DNA of 64,000 bases from TPA_inf: Saccharomyces (lineage: Eukaryota). Positions within the stretch are counted from its first letter, which is position 1; each line of letters begins with the position of its first letter. Location of the stretch: the NCBI GenBank assembly GCA_000146045.2, contig BK006949.2, forward strand, positions 832,001-896,000, in the 5' to 3' direction. Below, piece after piece: positions 56,974 to 64,000 of this stretch. A program made the translations under genes and the position numbers. The notes under the pieces were generated by a model that worked only from the letters and a program-made list of their open reading frames with translations, ran no database searches and was not told the origin of the DNA.

Positions 56974-59043
56974 ATGTTTGGCTCTGGGAATGTTCTGCCT
57001 GTTAAAATTCAGCCTCCGCTGCTTAGGCCACTGGCGTATAGAGTTTTATCAAGAAAATATGGTTTATCAATTAAATCTGATGGACTGTCTGCTCTTGCAG
57101 AATTCGTTGGCACTAATATAGGTGCTAACTGGAGACAAGGGCCTGCTACAATAAAATTTCTCGAGCAATTTGCTGCAGTATGGAAACAACAAGAAAGAGG
57201 CCTTTTCATCGACCAGAGCGGGGTTAAAGAAGTTATACAGGAGATGAAAGAACGTGAGAAAGTCGAATGGAGTCATGAACACCCTATTCAACATGAGGAG
57301 AATATCTTGGGACGGACAGATGACGATGAGAACAACAGTGACGATGAAATGCCGATCGCTGCTGATTCATCCTTACAAAATGTTTCATTATCTTCACCCA
57401 TGCGACAGCCCACCGAAAGAGATGAATATAAACAGCCTTTCAAGCCAGAAAGCTCCAAGGCGTTGGACTGGAGGGACTACTTCAAAGTTATCAATGCTTC
57501 TCAGCAACAAAGATTCTCATACAATCCGCACAAAATGCAATTTATTTTCGTCCCCAATAAAAAGCAGAATGGGCTAGGAGGCATTGCGGGTTTTCTACCA
57601 GATATAGAGGACAAAGTTCAAATGTTCTTGACAAGATATTACCTCACGAACGACAGAGTCATGAGAAATGAAAACTTCCAAAACAGTGACATGTTTAATC
57701 CATTATCATCTATGGTGTCTTTACAAAATGAACTGTCCAATACTAACCGACAGCAGCAATCCAGCAGTATGAGTATCACCCCAATAAAAAACCTACTAGG
57801 TAGGGATGCTCAAAACTTTCTACTATTGGGGCTCTTAAATAAGAACTTTAAGGGCAATTGGTCACTGGAAGATCCGTCTGGATCTGTCGAAATTGACATT
57901 TCCCAAACTATCCCTACACAAGGCCATTACTACGTGCCAGGTTGCATGGTTCTTGTGGAAGGAATATACTATTCTGTAGGAAATAAATTCCATGTTACCT
58001 CCATGACTTTACCCCCTGGTGAGAGAAGAGAAATTACATTAGAAACGATAGGTAATCTCGATCTCTTAGGAATACATGGCATTTCTAATAACAATTTCAT
58101 TGCTCGTTTGGATAAAGATTTGAAGATTAGATTACACCTTTTGGAGAAAGAATTAACAGATCATAAATTTGTAATTCTCGGCGCAAATTTGTTCCTAGAT
58201 GATTTGAAAATTATGACTGCACTCAGCAAAATTTTGCAAAAATTAAATGATGACCCACCGACCCTATTAATTTGGCAAGGTTCTTTCACTTCAGTTCCCG
58301 TTTTCGCATCAATGAGTAGCCGGAATATAAGTAGTTCCACTCAATTTAAGAATAATTTCGATGCCTTGGCGACGCTTCTGTCAAGATTTGACAATTTGAC
58401 CGAAAATACCACAATGATATTTATTCCAGGTCCTAACGATTTATGGGGGTCGATGGTGTCATTGGGGGCAAGTGGGACATTACCGCAAGATCCAATTCCT
58501 AGTGCGTTTACCAAAAAAATCAACAAGGTCTGTAAAAACGTTGTATGGAGCTCAAATCCAACTAGAATAGCATACTTATCCCAAGAAATAGTCATTTTCA
58601 GGGACGATTTATCCGGAAGATTCAAAAGACACCGTTTGGAATTCCCATTCAACGAGAGCGAAGATGTTTATACTGAAAACGATAACATGATGTCTAAAGA
58701 CACCGATATTGTACCAATCGATGAATTAGTTAAAGAACCAGACCAGTTACCACAAAAGGTTCAAGAAACAAGAAAACTCGTTAAAACAATACTAGACCAG
58801 GGTCATTTATCGCCATTTCTTGATTCCTTGCGCCCAATTTCATGGGATTTGGACCACACTTTGACACTTTGCCCAATACCATCGACAATGGTTCTTTGCG
58901 ACACTACTTCTGCACAATTTGATTTGACATACAACGGTTGTAAAGTAATTAACCCTGGAAGTTTCATTCATAATAGACGTGCTAGGTATATGGAGTACGT
59001 TCCATCCTCAAAGAAAACTATACAAGAAGAGATATATATCTAA
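56974..59043 (+). CDS. DPB2: DNA polymerase epsilon subunit B, 689 aa
   Basis: 698 aa open frame; Met10 (MFGSGNVLPVKIQ...) gives the 689 aa length. C-terminal phosphoesterase-like PolE2 fold. Confidence 0.85.
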   Translation: MFGSGNVLPVKIQPPLLRPLAYRVLSRKYGLSIKSDGLSALAEFVGTNIGANWRQGPATIKFLEQFAAVWKQQERGLFIDQSGVKEVIQEMKEREKVEWSHEHPIQHEENILGRTDDDENNSDDEMPIAADSSLQNVSLSSPMRQPTERDEYKQPFKPESSKALDWRDYFKVINASQQQRFSYNPHKMQFIFVPNKKQNGLGGIAGFLPDIEDKVQMFLTRYYLTNDRVMRNENFQNSDMFNPLSSMVSLQNELSNTNRQQQSSSMSITPIKNLLGRDAQNFLLLGLLNKNFKGNWSLEDPSGSVEIDISQTIPTQGHYYVPGCMVLVEGIYYSVGNKFHVTSMTLPPGERREITLETIGNLDLLGIHGISNNNFIARLDKDLKIRLHLLEKELTDHKFVILGANLFLDDLKIMTALSKILQKLNDDPPTLLIWQGSFTSVPVFASMSSRNISSSTQFKNNFDALATLLSRFDNLTENTTMIFIPGPNDLWGSMVSLGASGTLPQDPIPSAFTKKINKVCKNVVWSSNPTRIAYLSQEIVIFRDDLSGRFKRHRLEFPFNESEDVYTENDNMMSKDTDIVPIDELVKEPDQLPQKVQETRKLVKTILDQGHLSPFLDSLRPISWDLDHTLTLCPIPSTMVLCDTTSAQFDLTYNGCKVINPGSFIHNRRARYMEYVPSSKKTIQEEIYI

Positions 59044-59100
59044 ATAATGCATCAAAATAAGAACACTTAAACAAGCACGGTAGTGTTGGTACTCTGCCAT

Positions 59101-60078
59101 CTATTTGTATGGATACTTTTTGAATTTTGATGTAACGGATTTCGGCATACAATATATGGGATCTATGGGGACTAAATTGTCGTATCCCATTAAACTTAAA
59201 CCAGCAACACCAAAAACTGTATGGAAGACATCCACTTCATTTTCAGGCCTGTCGCTTATTCCACCCTTCTTCTCATCTTGACATTTGAGTATAAACTCAG
59301 TTAGCTTCTCATAATTTATCCAATCTAGTCTACCAATAATAGCTAATGAAGATAAAACCCACCAACTATAGCAAACATCGGGCAGTTTACTTGGCCTACC
59401 GTTTAGTCCACCTTCTGGTAATTGTCGTTCGCAAAGCCACCACCCAATTTCTTCTAGTTGGTCGTCACTAAGCATATCCAATTTGTTAGCAATTGCCAAA
59501 GCGCCAAGACAGGTAAAAGCTTGAGCTGCATGGGATTCAGCATTAGGACATAATCCAAAGCCACCATCAAAATTATAACACTTGAGTACAAAGTCTACAG
59601 CAGGGTCAACAACTTCAGACGTTAATTCACCCAAAATTGATAGTGCACTCAAGGCTGTATAAACAAACCTTGTATCTACCTCCCCAAACCTGTCACCCTG
59701 GAACGAACCATCTTCCAATTGATTCCCACGGATGAAGGAAATCAAGCGAACCTTACGATCTTTTCCAAGAACATCCAAAGCATCATAAGTGGCCAAGATC
59801 TGTACGGCGGACAATGTAGTTAATAAATGTGCATCATGTCTTGGAAATGGTGCGAAAGCGCCGTATTTGTCGTCCCAACAGCTCAGAACAAATGATATAA
59901 CCTCTTCTTTCACAAATGTCTCTGGAGAATCAAGCACACACAAGGCAGTAAGTCCCCAATATATCCCATTCAAACGAAGATGCTCGGTAAGCCAGTATTC
60001 AAAATTATGCTTCTTTGTATCCAATGATTCAATATAACGTATATGCTTTTCCTTAAGTAGCGTAAGAGATCCTGACAT
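59101..60078 (-). CDS. BET2: Rab geranylgeranyltransferase beta subunit (prenyltransferase alpha-alpha toroid repeats), 325 aa
   Basis: Repeated GGF/GG..G prenyltransferase motifs. Met3 of the open frame gives 325 aa. Confidence 0.85.
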   Translation of the reverse strand: MSGSLTLLKEKHIRYIESLDTKKHNFEYWLTEHLRLNGIYWGLTALCVLDSPETFVKEEVISFVLSCWDDKYGAFAPFPRHDAHLLTTLSAVQILATYDALDVLGKDRKVRLISFIRGNQLEDGSFQGDRFGEVDTRFVYTALSALSILGELTSEVVDPAVDFVLKCYNFDGGFGLCPNAESHAAQAFTCLGALAIANKLDMLSDDQLEEIGWWLCERQLPEGGLNGRPSKLPDVCYSWWVLSSLAIIGRLDWINYEKLTEFILKCQDEKKGGISDRPENEVDVFHTVFGVAGLSLMGYDNLVPIDPIYCMPKSVTSKFKKYPYK

Positions 60079-60331
60079 GTTCACAATTTTCTAGTGGAGA
60101 AAACAGAATCATTAGTAACAGTAGTGGTATCTGAAATATATATATACACAGTTTCTTAAATTGTTGTCTTTACTACTGGTATTACTATCGCTATTACAAG
60201 CGAAGTCATTAAGTACGGAAATGTTTAAACGTAGAGAGCTAGTAAAGGAAAGGCTGTTACATGATCACTAATCGTAACTTTGCAACGAGCCTGAGGGAAA
60301 TGACTAGTACTATTACCTTGTTGAACGGAAT

Positions 60332-61729
60332 ATGAGTAAATATATTGCACTTGAAAATCTTCCGGTAGATTTGCAACATAAAGGAGCTACACAAAATGAA
60401 AGCACCGCTGATATACTGAAACAGTTGCCACATGAACGATTACAAGCTGTCCTGGAGAAGATACCAGAAGAAGATCTTGAGGTGAGACGATTGCTTTCAA
60501 TTTTAAAGAAGCCGGAAGTAGTGGAGAATGAAGATGTACAACAAAGAAGAATACGGTTGGCTGAAATTTTAATGGTTGATGAAATTGATCTTGAGAACAT
60601 TAATAACATGGAAAACATAAATGGGGAAGAAGTAGACGAAGAGGACGATGAGGACTTCTTCACTCCAGCAACATCTGAGCTCATTTTTGCGAGAAGATTT
60701 TTGATAAATTATTCACTTGAAAGATCTCGAAAGAGGCTACAGAAAGAGATGGAAAGACATCAAAAGTTCAATACAAGACAGGAATTACTCAGTCGGCGTA
60801 CAGAATTACAGCGTATGGCTAATTTAGAGCTTGCTGGCTCTCAATTAGTATCTACGAAGCCTATTTCCGCAGTTTCTTTATCTACCGATGACATGGTTGT
60901 CGCAACGGGAAGCTGGGCAGGTGATCTTCAGGTATTAAATTCTCAAACACTGCAGCCATTGACACAAAAACTCGACTCTCATGTAGGGAAAATCGGAGCT
61001 ATAGATTGGCATCCTGATTCAAACAATCAAATGATTTCATGCGCAGAAGACGGGCTCATCAAAAACTTTCAATACTCAAACGAAGAGGGCGGCCTTCGAT
61101 TATTGGGAGATCTTGTGGGACATGAAAGACGTATTTCTGATGTGAAATACCACCCTAGTGGCAAATTTATAGGTAGTGCCTCTCATGATATGACTTGGAG
61201 ACTTTGGGATGCGTCAACACATCAAGAACTGCTGCTACAAGAAGGCCATGATAAGGGAGTGTTTAGTCTGTCTTTTCAATGCGATGGATCTCTTGTTTGT
61301 AGCGGTGGCATGGACTCGCTTTCAATGCTATGGGATATAAGATCCGGAAGTAAGGTGATGACACTCGCAGGACACTCAAAGCCTATTTACACCGTAGCTT
61401 GGTCACCAAACGGGTATCAAGTAGCCACTGGTGGTGGTGATGGAATCATTAATGTTTGGGACATCAGAAAACGGGATGAAGGCCAACTAAATCAAATATT
61501 GGCGCATCGTAACATCGTTACGCAGGTAAGGTTTTCAAAGGAAGACGGCGGAAAGAAACTTGTCTCTTGTGGCTATGATAATTTGATCAATGTGTATAGT
61601 AGTGATACGTGGTTAAAAATGGGAAGTTTAGCAGGCCACACTGATAAAATTATTAGCTTGGATATTTCGAATAATTCTCATTTTTTAGTGAGCGGCGGAT
61701 GGGATAGGTCTATCAAGCTCTGGAATTGA
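60332..61729 (+). CDS. PRP4: U4/U6 snRNP WD40-repeat splicing factor, 465 aa
   Basis: Seven WD40 repeats in the C-terminal two thirds; the 465 aa length matches PRP4. Confidence 0.85.
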   Translation: MSKYIALENLPVDLQHKGATQNESTADILKQLPHERLQAVLEKIPEEDLEVRRLLSILKKPEVVENEDVQQRRIRLAEILMVDEIDLENINNMENINGEEVDEEDDEDFFTPATSELIFARRFLINYSLERSRKRLQKEMERHQKFNTRQELLSRRTELQRMANLELAGSQLVSTKPISAVSLSTDDMVVATGSWAGDLQVLNSQTLQPLTQKLDSHVGKIGAIDWHPDSNNQMISCAEDGLIKNFQYSNEEGGLRLLGDLVGHERRISDVKYHPSGKFIGSASHDMTWRLWDASTHQELLLQEGHDKGVFSLSFQCDGSLVCSGGMDSLSMLWDIRSGSKVMTLAGHSKPIYTVAWSPNGYQVATGGGDGIINVWDIRKRDEGQLNQILAHRNIVTQVRFSKEDGGKKLVSCGYDNLINVYSSDTWLKMGSLAGHTDKIISLDISNNSHFLVSGGWDRSIKLWN

Positions 61730-61796
61730 TTGTGTAAAGAAATGTATTTAGTATTTTTGAAACTAACGTTTTATTAACACTGCATTATTTATTTAA

Positions 61797-63764
61797 TTAT
61801 ACATTTCCTGGTTTTTTTGCCCTGGATTTTTTTTTTGTGTTACCATTTTGAGTACGAACTCGTGGAATTGTTAAGTTTTCCAAGTTGTCCATCGTCTTCG
61901 ATAACTGTCCCACTAACTCCTCGTTTAGATCATTCTCAAGCTTTAATTCCTTTTTCAAAAAGCCAATTTTCTCATTCAATTCTTTTGTAGAGATTTCAGA
62001 CTTTTCGAATTTCAATTTCAACTCACTTTCTAATCCATTTTGTTTCTCATTAAGTTTGTGTGTCTCCTCCTCATTTTCCCTTATAGCATCAACGGCTCTT
62101 TTGATTTCTTGTTCCATATATTTCTTCTCAGTATCCCTTGATACACTTACCCTTTCTTCTTTCTCGATCTCGTCTTGTACATTGTCTGTTTTAACGAAAG
62201 CGTCTTTTAACTTTGATAATGTTTCACCTTGGGCCATCAAACTTCCCTTTAAAGTTTCAATGTCTTTTTCCAGTGTTTCGATTTGGGAAAACTTCAAATT
62301 GTTTTCAACTTCTAGTTCATGCGACCTATTTAAGTTTTCATTATTGGTTCGCAATACGGTTTCATATTCTTTTATAATTTTCTCATCTTCATTTGAGAAA
62401 AATTTCAGATGATCATTTTGCAAATCATCAAGGCAAGAATAATCATCCAGCTCCTGTTTCTGAACGCAAATATCCATATACACTTCTCCCATTGATTGAA
62501 TCAGTTTGTGTGTTATGATTCCACTTGATAAGTGGTAATTTACATTCGAGGAGTTGTCAGCTGTAGTAATACCTGTTAGTTGTGTCATGTCTTGTTTTAA
62601 AGGATTTGTATAATAATCGTTCTTTAATCTTTTGGTAGAGTAAAAACTTGGAGTAATATTATCCTCAATTCCGGCAACAGTTGAAGATGCTGCCTTATTA
62701 GCACCATGGCGTCCTCTTTTTTTGGAACAGTTGGAAAAAGCATCCTCTAGTTGATCATCTGACTTTTTGAAATGTACTTCCGTTAACAAAGACCTTTCTA
62801 CATCCATGGAAGTATATTGTTTTAAAGGGTAAATATCTGGTAATGGCCACGGTACTGTTGGGTTTTCCAACCATTCTACTAAATAATGCAGCTTTTGTGA
62901 ATAAATGGGCCTCAAATCAGGTGGAAGTGTGCCCAGTCGATCTCTTAAAATTACCATAGCTGCGGTAACGTTCTCCAAGTATTCTCTACTGTTCTTGTCA
63001 AATTTTTTACCAAAGAATAACCTACAATGATCAATTGAATTAATGGCCACTAGCCTAACAATTGGAGCATATCTTTCTAAACCCTTCCTCTCCCTCTTAT
63101 ATTGCAACAAATATTGAATATCTTTTTGACTTGTATCCACTGTAGTATCTAAGCAGATCAGCATGTCGAATCGAGCCTTGGATTTTATCGGATATTTTGT
63201 GAAATTAATTCCTTCAGAAGAAAACAAATGAACTGTACACGAGAAGTCATTTGCCTTTTGTTTTGACTTGATAGAATGACCGTCATATCTTTTGATATGC
63301 ACCTTATTTCCCAATAGTAAGGCTTCCAGTAAGTCCATTGTTCTCCCAGGTCTACAAACAATGGCCGTTTCAGTTTCATATTCTTGAACAAGATTTATGA
63401 GATCTCTCAAAACGCTGAACTTTCCACTATTTTCCGCTAAATGTGCAGGAACATCACGAGTTATTAACGATTTAGGCATATAATGATCTATTAGTAGGTA
63501 TGGATGGGTTGCTACCAGTGAACCATTTAAACACATGGTCTTCATAGATTCGAGAATGACGTCCTCTTTGTAGTGTGACGTTTCGAAGTATCTCAAGATA
63601 TCTGAGTAGTGTAATGATACTATTTGATCCGTGAGTTCTTTTTGATAAAGCGACATTGTAGTTGGCAGCCAATAATCACCGGAAGTATTTCCTGAGATTC
63701 CCAGAGTAGTAGCATCAACAATTGTAGGTATTGGTTTCGTGTCTAAAATGCGTAGTAAATCCAT
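61797..63764 (-). CDS. HDA3: HDA1 histone deacetylase complex subunit (Arb2/coiled-coil), 655 aa
   Basis: 659 aa open frame; Met5 (MDLLRILDTKPIP...) gives 655 aa. Long C-terminal coiled coil. Confidence 0.85.
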   Translation of the reverse strand: MDLLRILDTKPIPTIVDATTLGISGNTSGDYWLPTTMSLYQKELTDQIVSLHYSDILRYFETSHYKEDVILESMKTMCLNGSLVATHPYLLIDHYMPKSLITRDVPAHLAENSGKFSVLRDLINLVQEYETETAIVCRPGRTMDLLEALLLGNKVHIKRYDGHSIKSKQKANDFSCTVHLFSSEGINFTKYPIKSKARFDMLICLDTTVDTSQKDIQYLLQYKRERKGLERYAPIVRLVAINSIDHCRLFFGKKFDKNSREYLENVTAAMVILRDRLGTLPPDLRPIYSQKLHYLVEWLENPTVPWPLPDIYPLKQYTSMDVERSLLTEVHFKKSDDQLEDAFSNCSKKRGRHGANKAASSTVAGIEDNITPSFYSTKRLKNDYYTNPLKQDMTQLTGITTADNSSNVNYHLSSGIITHKLIQSMGEVYMDICVQKQELDDYSCLDDLQNDHLKFFSNEDEKIIKEYETVLRTNNENLNRSHELEVENNLKFSQIETLEKDIETLKGSLMAQGETLSKLKDAFVKTDNVQDEIEKEERVSVSRDTEKKYMEQEIKRAVDAIRENEEETHKLNEKQNGLESELKLKFEKSEISTKELNEKIGFLKKELKLENDLNEELVGQLSKTMDNLENLTIPRVRTQNGNTKKKSRAKKPGNV

Positions 63765-63960
63765 ACTAAAGGGCAATTAGTTTGTGCTTCTAACTTTCCT
63801 TTTTATCATTTTTATAGTCTAAAGTATTTCTTCTCTCTATTGTCTTTAATTGAAACTTTGGAAAACCGCGGTGTTATGGATACTAGAACACTAATGTTAT
63901 TTTTTGCAGTTATCAATTAAAGTAAAAGAAGAACAAACTGAGTGGATTAAATCAGTAACT

Positions 63961-64000
63961 ATGGATATGAAAGTAGAAAAATTAAGTGAAGATGAAATTG
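63961..64000 (+). CDS. AOS1: Start of the SUMO-activating enzyme E1 subunit (MDMKVEKLSEDEI...); 5' fragment only, as the window ends
   Basis: ATGGATATGAAAGTAGAAAAATTAAGTGAAGATGAAATTG matches the recalled N-terminus of AOS1. It sits downstream of HDA3, as expected for YPR180W. Confidence 0.55.
   Translation, partial: MDMKVEKLSEDEI

Noticed and set aside
60313-60684. 123 aa Ser-rich minus-strand ORF overlapping the PRP4 5' end
   Set aside because: It is antisense to the start of a well-supported gene and codes for a Ser/Cys-rich low-complexity product. It is probably the kind of ORF that gets annotated as dubious.

Overview
This window reads as a Saccharomyces cerevisiae nuclear segment, most likely the right arm of chromosome XVI (roughly YPR152C to YPR180W). 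It shows yeast-style compact gene spacing, spliceosomal introns with GTATGT/TACTAAC signals, and two near-identical full-length Ty1 retrotransposons. It also carries two Ty3 sigma solo LTRs sitting 16-17 bp upstream of tRNA genes, three tRNA genes, and about 35 protein genes whose lengths and motifs match well-known yeast proteins. From left to right the recognisable genes are URN1, YPR153W (spliced), PIN3, NCA2, TPO3, TDA6 and CUR1. A tRNA-linked transposon hotspot follows: an old delta remnant split by Ty1 copy 1, and a sigma element split by Ty1 copy 2, which lies inverted tail-to-tail to copy 1, ending at tA(AGC). After that come KRE6, tG(GCC), GPH1, SGV1/BUR1, ORC4, TIF3, MMS1, RHO1, MRP2, MET16, NUT2, JIP5, tI(AAU) with a second sigma, a 2.5 kb ORF-poor stretch, the spliced small gene YPR170W-B, BSP1, YPR172W, VPS4, YPR174C, DPB2, BET2, PRP4, HDA3 and the start of AOS1. 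Gene symbols come from my recall of the protein lengths and motifs against the ORF track, not from any search. I see no prokaryotic-type system (no CRISPR, no operons) and nothing that convincingly looks like an undescribed system. The most unusual structure is the roughly 12 kb transposon nest: a 5.9 kb inverted Ty1 repeat with a 288 bp spacer, built by nested insertions whose 5 bp target-site duplications are still readable. Secondary oddities are a GC-rich island with a 30 nt poly(dT) tract in the TPO3-TDA6 intergenic region, a 2.5 kb coding-poor block after the tI(AAU)/sigma pair, two intron-containing small genes that the ORF track splits, and protein-coding tandem repeats in TIF3, PIN3 and URN1.
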